A DNA stretch of 64,000 nucleotides from Planctomycetota bacterium (GCA_965248445.1 CBDFJG010000003.1:352001-416000); one strand, 5' to 3'; counted from the stretch's first letter, positions 17,216 through 27,745 are shown. Numbers and translations are program-made. Notes: generated from the sequence alone by a model not told the origin.

Positions 17216-19099
17216 ATGTGCGGCATCGCCGGATCGTGGACGAACGGCGCACGCGCTCCCGCGCGTGCGGCGTCACAGGTACGCGACATGCTCGCGGTGT
17301 TGCGTCATCGCGGTCCCGACGACTCTGGTGTCCACGATTCGGGCGGCGCCGTGATCGGCGCGGTCCGTCTCGCGGTGCTGGACCCCGAGCGCGGCGCGCA
17401 GCCGATGTCCACCCCCGACGGGCGCCACGTGCTGGTCTGGAACGGCGAGATCACCAACCACACCGCTCTTCGCGACGAATTGGCCCGCGCGGGCGTTGAA
17501 TTCCGGACGCGCTGCGACACGGAGGTCCTGCTCCATCTTCTGGCGCGCGAGGGTGTGGCCGGCCTGGCGCACGCGAACGGGATGTTCGCCGGCGCGTTGC
17601 TCGACACCGTCAGCGGCGAGCTGACTCTATTCCGCGACCCTTGCGGAATCAAACCGCTCTACGTGGCGATGGACGGACAGGACGTGCTGTTCGCGAGCGA
17701 GCCCCGCGGACTGCTCGCAGCGATGGGCCCGCGCCCGGCAGTCGACCGGCTCGCACTCCTGGACTACCTCTCGTACCAGCTCCCGCTTACCACACGGACG
17801 CTCTTCGAAGGCGTGGAGCGCGTGCCCCCGGGGACTGTGCTCTCGTTCGCAAGGGACCGCGCAGTGGTGACGAGCGCACTCCCGGCGTGGCCCGCGCCCG
17901 GGGCGATTCCCGGCACGCGCACCGAGGCGGCCGAGATGCTGGGCGGGATCCTCGCGAGCGCGGTGCGCGAGCACCTGCGCAGCGACGTCCCGGTGGGCGC
18001 ACACCTGTCCGGCGGGACCGACTCGTCCCTGGTCTGCGCGCTCGCCGCGCCGCACGTAGATGGTCCTCTGCAGGTGTTCACGGGTGCGTTCGACGAGGCG
18101 CGCTTCGATGAGCGGCGGCACGCCCGGGCGGTCGCTGCGGAGATCGGCGCGCGTCTGCACGAGGTGGTCATCAGCCCGGACGACTTGATGGAGTCGCTGC
18201 CTTCGGCGATCGGCGCCATGGACGAGCCGCTGGCCGGCCCGGGCCTTCTTGCGCAGTGGTGCGTGGCGCGCGCTGCGCGCGACCACGTCACTGTGGTGCT
18301 GGGCGGACAGGGCGGGGACGAGCTCTTCGGTGGGTACGTGCGGCACCTGGTCCTGCGGCTCGGCGCGGTGCTCGCCGACCTCGTGCACGGCGGCGACACG
18401 CTCTCGATTCGCGATCTGGCGCCACACCTCGGTGCGCTGGACGGCTACGGACCGCTGCTGCGCCGCACCCTTTCCGGGGGGCTGACACAGCCGGCGCCGG
18501 ATCGGTACTTCTCTCTCCTGTTCCGCGGGGCCGGACTGGACAGTCTGATCAGTGGAGACCTCGCCGAGGCGCTGCGTGCGCACGACGCGCGCGGGCGCTT
18601 CCTCGCAGCGTTCGGGGAGTGCGCCTCGGGACGCGAGGGCACGACGGCGCGCGTCGCCGATGCCATGCGCTTTGACCGGCGGCACGTGCTGCCCGCCCTG
18701 CTCGAGGTCGAGGACCGCACGAGCATGGCGTTCTCGCTCGAGAGCCGCGTCCCGCTGCTCGATCGGCGGGTACTGGCGTTCGTGGACGCGCTGCCCGATG
18801 AATGGCTGGTGGGCGACGGCGAGCCGAAGGGAGTTCTGCGGGCGGCAGCCGGTGAACGGCTGCCTGCCGCCGCGCGCACGCGACGGGACAAGATGGGCTT
18901 TCCGGTTCCGCTCGCGAACTGGGCGCGCGGTCCCCTTCGCGCGCCGCTGCGCGACCTGCTGCTCGGCGGCGCTTTGCGTGAACGCGGATTCGTGCAGGCG
19001 GATGCCGTGGACCGCATGCTCGACGGCGCGTCCGTCGAGGCCCGTCATCTCTGGGCGCTGCTGAATCTCGAGTTGTGGCACCGGAGGCACGCCGCGTGA
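17216..19099 (+). CDS. asnB: asparagine synthase (glutamine-hydrolysing) family amidotransferase
   Basis: N-terminal MCGIAG, HRGPD, NGEI.N, RDP.GIKPLY, LSGG.DSS, GGDELFGGY, RVPLLD, KMGFPVP. Confidence 0.9.
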   Translation: MCGIAGSWTNGARAPARAASQVRDMLAVLRHRGPDDSGVHDSGGAVIGAVRLAVLDPERGAQPMSTPDGRHVLVWNGEITNHTALRDELARAGVEFRTRCDTEVLLHLLAREGVAGLAHANGMFAGALLDTVSGELTLFRDPCGIKPLYVAMDGQDVLFASEPRGLLAAMGPRPAVDRLALLDYLSYQLPLTTRTLFEGVERVPPGTVLSFARDRAVVTSALPAWPAPGAIPGTRTEAAEMLGGILASAVREHLRSDVPVGAHLSGGTDSSLVCALAAPHVDGPLQVFTGAFDEARFDERRHARAVAAEIGARLHEVVISPDDLMESLPSAIGAMDEPLAGPGLLAQWCVARAARDHVTVVLGGQGGDELFGGYVRHLVLRLGAVLADLVHGGDTLSIRDLAPHLGALDGYGPLLRRTLSGGLTQPAPDRYFSLLFRGAGLDSLISGDLAEALRAHDARGRFLAAFGECASGREGTTARVADAMRFDRRHVLPALLEVEDRTSMAFSLESRVPLLDRRVLAFVDALPDEWLVGDGEPKGVLRAAAGERLPAAARTRRDKMGFPVPLANWARGPLRAPLRDLLLGGALRERGFVQADAVDRMLDGASVEARHLWALLNLELWHRRHAA

Positions 19100-22000
19100 C
19101 TGGCTCGGCAGAGACGGGCGAGCCGGGCGAACCGCAGCCGGGACGGGTGCGGGGCGCGCCTCTGATTGCGGCGGCCGCGGCCCTTCTCCTGTACGTCGTC
19201 GTCCCCCTGATCTCGCTCGGCCGGACGTGGGGACTGACCAACTACGACGATCCGTTCGTCGCGAGCGCCGACAACCCAGCCATCGGAGAGGGATGGGGCG
19301 GCTTCTGGTCGATCCTCCCGCCGTGGGGCGAGGCGTTCATGCACGCCTGGCTGCCGCTCTACTACGGCAGCCTCGGACTCGACAACGCGCTCTTCGGTGA
19401 CGCTTTCGTGTGGTGGCACGTGCACTCGGCCGTGCTCTGGGCGGTAGCCGCCGGGCTCGTGGTGCTCGTTGCGCGCGCGCTGGGCTTGCGCGGGTTCGCG
19501 CCGCTCACGGCGGGCATCGTGCTGGCCGTCCATCCGGTGGGTGTCGAGTCCGTCGCGTGGATCGCCAGTCGGAAGGAGCAACTCTCTCTCGTCTGGTCGC
19601 TGGTCGCCGTGCTCGCATACCTGCGGGCGTCTGAACGGCGCGACACGGTCCTGCACGCGGCCGGGTGTGTGGCGCTCGCTCTCGCGCTGACGGCCAAGGC
19701 AAGCGCACTCGTCGTCCCGCTTCTGCTAGTGCTGCACGCGTTGACGGTCGGCGGGGGCAAGGGCGCGCGGCGCCTGCTGCCGGCGGCGCCCTACGCGGCC
19801 GTCGCACTCGTCATGGGCATCCTGCACTGGCGCGTCGCGAGCGGCGAGGGCACGGTCGGTGCCGGCACCGGCGCGACGCTGCTGGAACTGCTGTACGCCG
19901 ATCTCGAGGTCACGTGGCTGGCGGCACGGTCGCTCTTCATCCCGTGGGCGAAGTGGCTGTCCGTCGAACACGACCTCAGCCCATTCTCGGTGCACACCGG
20001 ACGCGCAACGCTGGGAGCGGGGCTGGCCGTTGCGGCGATCGTCGTGGCGTGGCGGATGCGCAGGCGCCCGTGGGTCGTTCTCGCCGTGCTCGCGCTGCCG
20101 GTCGCGTACGCGCCGTTCAACAACGTGCTCCCACGCACGAGCGTTCTGTTCGCCGAGCGCTATCTGACAATTCCTCTCGCGGTGACGGCCCTGATCGCCG
20201 GCGCCGTTGCTGCGCGGCATCTCCGACGTTGGGCGCCGTTCGCCGCCGCCGCACTACTCGGCGCGCTGGCGACGACCCGCGTCCCCGCGTGGTACGACGC
20301 CGTGTCATTGTGGCGAGAGGCGGAGCGCGTGTCGCCGACGAGCGCGCTCGTGCAGATGCAACTGGCGGACGCTTACGGCACACGGGCGAGGACCGAGGCC
20401 GGCCCGGATGCTGCACGGGACCCTGATGCTGCGCGGGACCTGCGGCGGGCCGAGAACTCTTGGCGCTCGGCGCGCGAGTCGGCCCGCCGAGACGTCGACG
20501 ATGTGACGGCATCGCGCGGCGAGACGCCGTTCGTCCTGTCGATCCGTCGGGTGCAGGCGGAGACGGGACTTGCCGGCCATCTGCTCGCGACGGCGGGCGG
20601 GCACGAGGACCCGGCGGCCCGCGTGCACGACGCGATCGGCTATCTGGACTCCGCGGAGCGGGGTCTGGCTGCGCTGCCCGGGGCGCACGGCCGGGGCGAA
20701 CGGTTGGGGCTCGTGCTCTCGAACCGCGCCGCCGCGCGCGAGGCGCTCGGTGAACACGACGCGGCACTCGCCGATTGGCGTCGCGCAGCCCGTCTCGACA
20801 CCGACGCGTGGCTTCCGATGAACGCTGTCGCGCGCGTGCAACTGCTCCTGCGTCGCCCGTCGGAGGCACTCGCTGCGCTGGCCGAGGCGCGGGCCCGCGC
20901 GCCGGACGTGCCCGCCGCAGCCGCCGAGCGCGCCCGTCTCATGTTGGCGATCGGCGAACCGGCCGCAGCGAAGGCCGAACTGGCCCCGGCCCTGGCCGCG
21001 CATCCCGACGACGCCGACCTGTTGATCGCGTCGGCGCGACTTGACCTGATGCTGATGCGCCCACTCTCTGCCGAGGAGGGCTTTCGCAAGGCGCTCGCGA
21101 TCCGGCCGGACGATCAGGCGCTGCGCAACGAACTGGCCGGCTCGCTCATCCAGCAGGCGCAGGCGTACGCCGCGCGGGACGACGTTGATGGCGCCCGGGA
21201 CGCGGCGCGCCGTGCGGCGGACATCGCACCCGGGTCGTCGGCGCCGGATCAGATCCTCGGCATCACGGCACGGCGGCGCGGCGACCTGGACGGGGCGATC
21301 GAGCACTTCCGCAACGCTTACGATCTGCAACCACAGGGCATCCGGATCCGCGAAGCGCTCGCGTCGGTGCTCGCCGAGCGCGCCGCCGTGCTGATTCGCG
21401 AGGAGCGTGAGGCCGCCGCCCAGGTATTGCTCGAAGAGGCCGTCGCAACCGGGTCGGAGACACTCGCTACGCCGGCCGTGCGGCTGCGTTACGGCGTGTC
21501 GGGCTGGCCGCCCCTCACTGACTCTTCTGGCGGCCGGGAACTCGTCGTCCGGCGGGCGGCCACTGCGGGGCTCGCGTTTCTCGCGGCCGGGGATCCCGAC
21601 CGCGCGTTGCTCGAACTGCGCGTGGGGGACGCGGGGGCCGAACGCTCGGACACGGATCTCCTCAGCGTGATCCTGCCGCTGATGGCGCGTGCCGCGTATC
21701 TCGCCGGCGACGAGGCGGGTGCCATGGAGGCTATCGCCCGGCTGCCGCAGGTTGCTGACCGGCATGCCGGGATGACGCGATGGGAGGCACTCGATCAGCA
21801 GTGCGAGTTGAGCATCGAGATCGGGATTGCCCGCCGCGGTCGCGGGGAACGGGAAGCGTCGGACGAGGCGCTCGAGCACGCGCGCAGCGTCCTCGGGTAC
21901 GCCGCGGAGGCGGGTCTGCCACGCGGTCGTGCGGCGCAGCGTCGCGGAGAGATCCTGTTCGCCGAGGAGGAGTTCCTCGGCGCGACCCGCGCGTTCGACG

Positions 22001-23088
22001 AGGCCGTCGAGAACGCACCGGCGAACCCCGAGCCGCTTCTGAATCGCGCAGCAGTGTGGCGCTCGCTCTTCGCGATCGAGCAGGACAGGTCCTACCTGGA
22101 CGGCTCCGAGGAGGACCTGCGACAGGCGCTGACGATCGCCCCGTCGGACGGTCGGATCATGTCCGCGCTCGGCGAGACGCTGCTGCTGGGGCAGCGGGCC
22201 GGCGAGGCCTTCCCGTGGCTCTCCCGCGCCGTGCTCGCGGATCCCTCACAGCGCAGCGCACGCGCGCAGCTCGCGCTGTTGCTCGTGCGCGCCGGACGCG
22301 CGAACCTCGAACGCCGCGCCGAGAGCGGAGACGAATCGGAGCTGCAGGCGGCCCAGGACGCAGCGGATCGTGCAGTGGCACTCGACGTGCCGGATCCGGG
22401 GCCGCTGACGCTGCTCGCTGAGGTGCGGCGCGCTGCGGGCGACTGGGACGGGGCGCGCCTGTCCTTTGAAGAGGCGGCGCGGGCGTTCCCGAACCGGAGC
22501 GAAGCGCACGACGCGCTCGCGTCGTTCTACCGCGACCTGGGCCACGGCTTCCTGCTCAAGGGCGACGAGCGACGCGCCATCGAGTGGTTCCGTGAGGCGC
22601 TCGCCGTCGAGGGCGTCGCGGAGGCGGATCTCTCGGGCATCGAGGACCGTCTGCACGGCATCGCGGTTGGCTCGTTCACCCGGGGCCGAGATGCGCTGCA
22701 GGCGAAGAAGCCCGCCGACGCCGTGGTCGAGTTCGGGCTCTCCGCCCGCGCAGAAGAGACGCCGGAGACGCACTATCTCCTCGGCATCGCGCTGGCGGCC
22801 GCGGCCGGGGAGGACGACGCGGAGTCACTGCGCGAAGCGGCCGACTCCGGCCGCCGGGCGCTGCAGTTGGATGCGGACCTCCAGCCGGCGCGGCTGGCTC
22901 TCGCGGACGTGCTCGCGCGTCTCGGTCGACCGGGCGAGGCGGCCATCGAATTGGGCGAGTGGCTGACGCGGGCCGACGCGGAAGATGAACGTCTCCCGGC
23001 GGTGAGGCGGCGGAAAGAGACCCTCGAGGAACTCGAGAACGAGATCTCCCGCGAGATCGAGGAGAGGCTCGGCGGCGAGCCGGAGTGA
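19096..23088 (+). CDS. TMTC-like multi-pass GT-C membrane protein with long TPR C-terminus
   Basis: NYDD after TM1, HP..VESVAWI..R, AK.SA, AERYL motifs in ~400-aa membrane part; ~900 aa of TPR-like repeats. Confidence 0.8.
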   Translation: MTGSAETGEPGEPQPGRVRGAPLIAAAAALLLYVVVPLISLGRTWGLTNYDDPFVASADNPAIGEGWGGFWSILPPWGEAFMHAWLPLYYGSLGLDNALFGDAFVWWHVHSAVLWAVAAGLVVLVARALGLRGFAPLTAGIVLAVHPVGVESVAWIASRKEQLSLVWSLVAVLAYLRASERRDTVLHAAGCVALALALTAKASALVVPLLLVLHALTVGGGKGARRLLPAAPYAAVALVMGILHWRVASGEGTVGAGTGATLLELLYADLEVTWLAARSLFIPWAKWLSVEHDLSPFSVHTGRATLGAGLAVAAIVVAWRMRRRPWVVLAVLALPVAYAPFNNVLPRTSVLFAERYLTIPLAVTALIAGAVAARHLRRWAPFAAAALLGALATTRVPAWYDAVSLWREAERVSPTSALVQMQLADAYGTRARTEAGPDAARDPDAARDLRRAENSWRSARESARRDVDDVTASRGETPFVLSIRRVQAETGLAGHLLATAGGHEDPAARVHDAIGYLDSAERGLAALPGAHGRGERLGLVLSNRAAAREALGEHDAALADWRRAARLDTDAWLPMNAVARVQLLLRRPSEALAALAEARARAPDVPAAAAERARLMLAIGEPAAAKAELAPALAAHPDDADLLIASARLDLMLMRPLSAEEGFRKALAIRPDDQALRNELAGSLIQQAQAYAARDDVDGARDAARRAADIAPGSSAPDQILGITARRRGDLDGAIEHFRNAYDLQPQGIRIREALASVLAERAAVLIREEREAAAQVLLEEAVATGSETLATPAVRLRYGVSGWPPLTDSSGGRELVVRRAATAGLAFLAAGDPDRALLELRVGDAGAERSDTDLLSVILPLMARAAYLAGDEAGAMEAIARLPQVADRHAGMTRWEALDQQCELSIEIGIARRGRGEREASDEALEHARSVLGYAAEAGLPRGRAAQRRGEILFAEEEFLGATRAFDEAVENAPANPEPLLNRAAVWRSLFAIEQDRSYLDGSEEDLRQALTIAPSDGRIMSALGETLLLGQRAGEAFPWLSRAVLADPSQRSARAQLALLLVRAGRANLERRAESGDESELQAAQDAADRAVALDVPDPGPLTLLAEVRRAAGDWDGARLSFEEAARAFPNRSEAHDALASFYRDLGHGFLLKGDERRAIEWFREALAVEGVAEADLSGIEDRLHGIAVGSFTRGRDALQAKKPADAVVEFGLSARAEETPETHYLLGIALAAAAGEDDAESLREAADSGRRALQLDADLQPARLALADVLARLGRPGEAAIELGEWLTRADAEDERLPAVRRRKETLEELENEISREIEERLGGEPE

Positions 23089-23157
23089 CCGCTCTCTTTC
23101 GAGGTCTCACGAGTGGCACCACCCGCACGTCGGGCGCTTTCGCCTAGAATCGTGGAC

Positions 23158-24876
23158 ATGTCGAAGAGTTCCCGACTCGCGGGGTTGCGGGGGTTCGTCG
23201 ACCGGGCCCAGGACACGGAGGACTCTCCTCTTCGTTCCGAGGACGGTCGGCGCCGCCTGGTCCTGGACGATCTGGACGACGGCCCCTCGGAGCTGCCGGA
23301 CCTGGGCCGCGAGGCGCGCGCCCTACGCCGCGTGCTCGCCACGTCCCGCCGCCTCGCGCGTGCCGCGGACGAAGACGAACTCATGGCGGACCTCCTGGAC
23401 GCAGCGCTCCTGCTGCTCGGCGGAGACCGCGCCGCACTCGTGCGCGTAGACGGCGAGACCGTGGCGGTCGAACGCGCGCGGGACGCGTCCGGCGACGCCA
23501 CGGCCTCCGTCAACGGCGGGCTGCCGCTGGCACACGCGCGGACCGCCGGAACCGCCGGGCGCCCGTCGAGCGGCGAGGAGGAGGTCGAGGGCGGCGCGGA
23601 GCGCTCGGTCGTGGCCGCGCCGGCGCCGGCGCCGCTCGACGGTGTGCTCGTCGTCGATGCGCCGCCGGATCCCGGCATCTTCGGTCCGCTCGAAGGGGAC
23701 CTGCTCCGCACCCTGGCCGAGCAGGGCGCCTTGGCGCTGGCCCGCGTCCGACTCACCCGTCACGCCGAGCGCCAGACGCGCGATCTCGCCGAGGCCGATG
23801 CGCGCGCGGCGCGACTGAACCGCAGGCTGGCTGATCTGCTCGAACGCAGGACCAGCGAACTTCGGGAGACGCGCGAGCGCCTGGCGCGCATCGACGCGAC
23901 GGAGGGGTTCGCCGACCGCTACAGCGAGATCGTCGGACGCGGTCCGGCGATGCTCGCGCTGCTGCGGCAGGTGGATCGCATCGCCGCCACCACCGTTCCG
24001 GTTCTGTTCGAAGGCGAGAGCGGCTCGGGCAAGGAGGTCATCGCCCAGGCCGTGCAAGGCGCCGGCGACCGTGCGGGCGAGCCGTTCGTCACGGAGAACT
24101 GCGGCGCGCTGCCGGAGTCGTTGCTCGAGAACGAGTTGTTCGGGCACGAACGGGGCGCGTTCACCGGCGCCGAGACCACCACGGCCGGTCTGTTCGAGCG
24201 CGCGGACGGCGGGACTCTCTTCCTCGACGAAGTCGGCGAGATGAGCCCCAAGCTCCAGACGCGGCTGCTCCGCGTGCTGCAGGAGGGCGAGGTCCGCCGC
24301 GTCGGCGGCGACACCGTCCGCAAGGTGGACGTGCGGCTCCTGACCGCCACGAATCGCGACCTCCGTAAAATGGTCCGCGAGGGCACGTTTCGCGAGGACC
24401 TGTTCTACCGGCTCGCGGTGGTCACGATTCGCGTGCCGTCCCTGCGCGAGCGCAGGGAGGACATCCCGGCGCTGGTGGGGCACTTCGCCGAGCGATTCAG
24501 CGAGAGCGGGCTGCCACTCCGTGTGACCGACGACGCGCTGGACGCGCTCGTGCGCTACGACTGGCCCGGGAACGTCCGGCAACTGCAGAACGAGTTGCGC
24601 CGCTCCGCGGCTCTGTCCCGCGGCGAGATCGACGTCGACAGCCTCTCGAACGAGGTGCGTGAGTGCCGCCCGGAGATCGACGACGTCGTGAGCGATCCGA
24701 TTCGTTACCTGGATGGGCGCGACTTGCGATCACTCGTGGAAGAGGTCGAGAAGCGCGTTCTGCGAGCCGTGCTCGGCCGCGAGAACGGGAACATCACGCA
24801 CGCGGCTCGGTCGCTCGGGCTCTCACGCCTGGGACTGCGCAAGAAGTTGCGCCGATACGGACTGTACGAGGGGTGA
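23158..24876 (+). CDS. sigma54-dependent Fis-family transcriptional activator with degenerate GAF domain
   Basis: GESGSGKE, ELFGHERGAFTGA, LFLDEVGE, FREDLFYRL, WPGNVRQL, C-terminal HTH. Confidence 0.95.
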   Translation: MSKSSRLAGLRGFVDRAQDTEDSPLRSEDGRRRLVLDDLDDGPSELPDLGREARALRRVLATSRRLARAADEDELMADLLDAALLLLGGDRAALVRVDGETVAVERARDASGDATASVNGGLPLAHARTAGTAGRPSSGEEEVEGGAERSVVAAPAPAPLDGVLVVDAPPDPGIFGPLEGDLLRTLAEQGALALARVRLTRHAERQTRDLAEADARAARLNRRLADLLERRTSELRETRERLARIDATEGFADRYSEIVGRGPAMLALLRQVDRIAATTVPVLFEGESGSGKEVIAQAVQGAGDRAGEPFVTENCGALPESLLENELFGHERGAFTGAETTTAGLFERADGGTLFLDEVGEMSPKLQTRLLRVLQEGEVRRVGGDTVRKVDVRLLTATNRDLRKMVREGTFREDLFYRLAVVTIRVPSLRERREDIPALVGHFAERFSESGLPLRVTDDALDALVRYDWPGNVRQLQNELRRSAALSRGEIDVDSLSNEVRECRPEIDDVVSDPIRYLDGRDLRSLVEEVEKRVLRAVLGRENGNITHAARSLGLSRLGLRKKLRRYGLYEG

Positions 24877-25319
24877 TTCAGCACGCATCAAGACCCCGGG
24901 CTCCGTGGGAGCAAGGGGACCCGGCCACCCCGATCGCGGGGGGCCACCGGCGAGGGCGTCGAGGAGACCCGGGGACGCGGACGCAAGTCCGGCACTGACC
25001 GCACGTTGGAGACCACTGACGGGGGATCGCGGAGGCTCCCGTTGAGGCGAAATTGGTCTATCAGGCGCTCGCTCGCCCGATCTATACTCCGGCCCTTAGT
25101 AGGAAGCTCACTCCTGGGGCGGGAATCGGCCGGGGGGGTCCGCGTGCGGACCCACCCGGCAATTCGGCTTGGCGGTCTGCGTGGAGCGGTGCGACGGGGC
25201 GTGGGATCCGTCGTAACGATCTCCTCCGCGCAGTGCGCCACGCGTACCGATGCCCTCCGTCACGGGAGACGTCGCCGTGGGTCCATTGCGGTCTCACGTC
25301 GGCGGCGGGAGGACGACGC

Positions 25320-27737
25320 ATGCCGAAGCTGACGTACACCTATGAGGGTGAAGAGCACACCGTCGAGGTGACCGATTCGTGCTCGATCGGTCGAGCCGAG
25401 ACCAACACGGTCCCCCTGGCCAAGGAGCCTGGAGCCTCCCGCCGGCACGCGCAGATCATGAAACTCTCGAAGAGCTTCGAGATGACCGATCTCGGCAGTA
25501 CCAACGGCACCAAAGTGAATGGCAAGACCGTCAAGCGGCACCGACTCGAGCACGGCGACCGCATCTCCATCGGCGAGACACACCTCGTCTGGACGGAGCG
25601 CGAGGACCGCGGAGTCGAACTCGAGGAGGAGATCTCCCTCGACGGCGGCGCCGCGCCCGCCACCAAGACGGCCAACAAGACCGGAGCCGATTGCTACCTC
25701 GTGTTCGCGGGTGGCGATCGCGACGGCGAGCGGATCGCACTGGACAAGTCGCGGGTCACGTTCGGCCGCAAGGCTTCGAACACCATGGTGTTCGAGAGTT
25801 CTTCTGTGTCGGGGTACCACTGCGAGATCTCGCGCGAAGGCGGGGCCTACATCCTGCGCGATCTCGGCAGCACCAACGGAACCCTGCTCGACGGGGAGCC
25901 GGTGACGGAGGTTGCACTCCAGCACGGCGGTCGCATCCGTGTCGGCGATCGCCGGCTCGTGTTCGTCGATCCGTCGGTCAGCGACTTCGAGAAGGCCATG
26001 GCGGCCGTGGACGATCTCGGCTCGGAGTGGGGCATGCTCCGCGCCGAGATGGACATGTCGCGCGTCCAGAAGGCGCGCCGCAGCCAGCTCGTCGGCGTGC
26101 TCGGGCTGTTCGCGATTCTCGCGGCAGTCGGTTACGTGCTGCTGACGAAGCCGGAGTTGTTCTCGACGCCGGCGGTCGAGCTCGAGAACCGCGACGGCAA
26201 CATGATCGACGACCACTCCTTTGAGGATCTAGCGGACGGCTGGGCGGCGGTCAGCGGTTCCCCGGCGCGTGGGGCGTTCGAGAGCGACGGCGCCAAGCAG
26301 GGCTCGGCGGCGTACTCGGTGGCACGTGCCGGCTCGGGCGCGCCGCTGGCGGTCGTCGAGTTCGCCGGACGCACGTACTCGGCTCGCCCGGGCCAGGCGT
26401 ACGAGTTCGGCGCTGCGGCCAAGGCGAGCGGCGGCGGTCGCGCCGCGGTGCGCATCCAGTGGCTGGGTGCCGGCGAAGGCGTCGCGGCCCGCTATGCGTC
26501 CACCACGCTGGTCGAGGGCTCGTCCTGGACGGACGTGTCCGCGATCGCGGTGGCGCCGAAGAACACGACCGGCGTGCGCGTGCAGCTCGTGAACGCCGGC
26601 GAAGGCAAGGCGGAGTTCGACGACATCTTCCTCGTCACCGGCTCGGGGCGCGCAGCGACCGCGACGGACGGTGCCATCACGATCTCCGCCGGTCCGTCCG
26701 GTCGCATCAGCATCAGCCGCGGGTCGGACGTGCTTCTCGACGACGTAGCCGTAGTGGGCGGCCTCTTCGCGACCGCTGCCGACACCGGCGAGCGCGCGGA
26801 GCGGGGTGGCGGCAGTGCTGCTGCGGCCTCCGTGTCGTCCGATGGCGGCGTGGTCGTCAAGGGCAAGGTCATCGATCCCGCGACCGGCGAGGGCGGCGCA
26901 TACTCAGTCACCGTGTCGGCCGAGGGCGGCCGCTACGTGAACATCATCGCCGAACTGCCCGGCGGCGCCGGGCTCGAAGGCATCGTGGCCGCCGGGTTCA
27001 TGGACGAGGGCATCGGCTTCTACACCTCGTCCGGCACGTTCCGCGAGCGCGCCTCCCGCACGGCCAGCGGCGTGCAGAGTGCGACCATCGGCGGATTGAA
27101 CCTCTACGAGGTGTCCAGCGTGACGCCATGCCGCGTCGCGATGACGACCGACTCCGGCACTGCCGTCGCGTTCGGGCCCGCAGAGGGCACGGCGCTTACG
27201 CTGCGCATCGACACCTCCTCCACCGAGATCGTGAAGGCGCGCGATCAGAAGTATCAGGACGCACGCACCGCGGAGCAGACAGGCCGGTACGGCGACGCCA
27301 AGAAGCTGTACGAGGAGTTCGCTTCGAGTCTGCCCGAGGGCGACTCCAAGCGCGTGGAGGCCGAGAAGAAGGCGGCCCAGTTCGCTGCCGACCTCAAGCA
27401 ACAGCTCGACTCGCTGCGCCGCGCGCTCGTGGGCGCGAAGAAGTTCTCGGAGGTTCCCAGCCTCGTCTCCGTGCAGCGCGTGGCCGAGAAGCTCCAGGAC
27501 GAATACGGCGACAAGGGCGCTGAGGGGATCGCGAAGGAAGCGCATGACGCGCTGAAGTCGCTCGGTGCCGCCGACGCGTCGTCGAAGGCGACGCCCCTCC
27601 TGGCGCGCGCTGCGGACTTTGCCAAGTCGAAGATGAACACGCTCGCGCGGCTCTCGTACCAGGACATCGTGAAGCGTTTCGAAGGCACCGAGGCGGCCAA
27701 GACCGCCCAAGAGGCGCTGCGCGCGCTCGGAGAGTAG
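25320..27737 (+). CDS. double-FHA single-pass membrane protein with carbohydrate-binding-like and helical extracytoplasmic domains
   Basis: Two FHA signatures (IGR..SRRHA..DLGSTNGT; FGR..SGYH..DLGSTNGT), one TM, then SFE..W / PGQAYEF / FDDI CBM4/9-like segment; GGAGG RBS. Confidence 0.85.
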   Translation: MPKLTYTYEGEEHTVEVTDSCSIGRAETNTVPLAKEPGASRRHAQIMKLSKSFEMTDLGSTNGTKVNGKTVKRHRLEHGDRISIGETHLVWTEREDRGVELEEEISLDGGAAPATKTANKTGADCYLVFAGGDRDGERIALDKSRVTFGRKASNTMVFESSSVSGYHCEISREGGAYILRDLGSTNGTLLDGEPVTEVALQHGGRIRVGDRRLVFVDPSVSDFEKAMAAVDDLGSEWGMLRAEMDMSRVQKARRSQLVGVLGLFAILAAVGYVLLTKPELFSTPAVELENRDGNMIDDHSFEDLADGWAAVSGSPARGAFESDGAKQGSAAYSVARAGSGAPLAVVEFAGRTYSARPGQAYEFGAAAKASGGGRAAVRIQWLGAGEGVAARYASTTLVEGSSWTDVSAIAVAPKNTTGVRVQLVNAGEGKAEFDDIFLVTGSGRAATATDGAITISAGPSGRISISRGSDVLLDDVAVVGGLFATAADTGERAERGGGSAAAASVSSDGGVVVKGKVIDPATGEGGAYSVTVSAEGGRYVNIIAELPGGAGLEGIVAAGFMDEGIGFYTSSGTFRERASRTASGVQSATIGGLNLYEVSSVTPCRVAMTTDSGTAVAFGPAEGTALTLRIDTSSTEIVKARDQKYQDARTAEQTGRYGDAKKLYEEFASSLPEGDSKRVEAEKKAAQFAADLKQQLDSLRRALVGAKKFSEVPSLVSVQRVAEKLQDEYGDKGAEGIAKEAHDALKSLGAADASSKATPLLARAADFAKSKMNTLARLSYQDIVKRFEGTEAAKTAQEALRALGE

Positions 27738-27745
27738 GAGGAGCG

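Noticed and set aside
17216..19099. Lasso peptide cyclase / RiPP cluster
   Set aside because: It retains the full Cys-initiated glutaminase domain; no precursor peptide, RRE or leader peptidase is nearby.
15613..23088. Genomic island integrated at tRNA-Leu
   Set aside because: No integrase, no duplicated tRNA 3' end found, and no evident compositional shift.
24877..25319. Sigma54 -24/-12 promoter for the filament operon
   Set aside because: The GGCA/TGGC sites inspected on the + strand lack the GG-N10-GC spacing.
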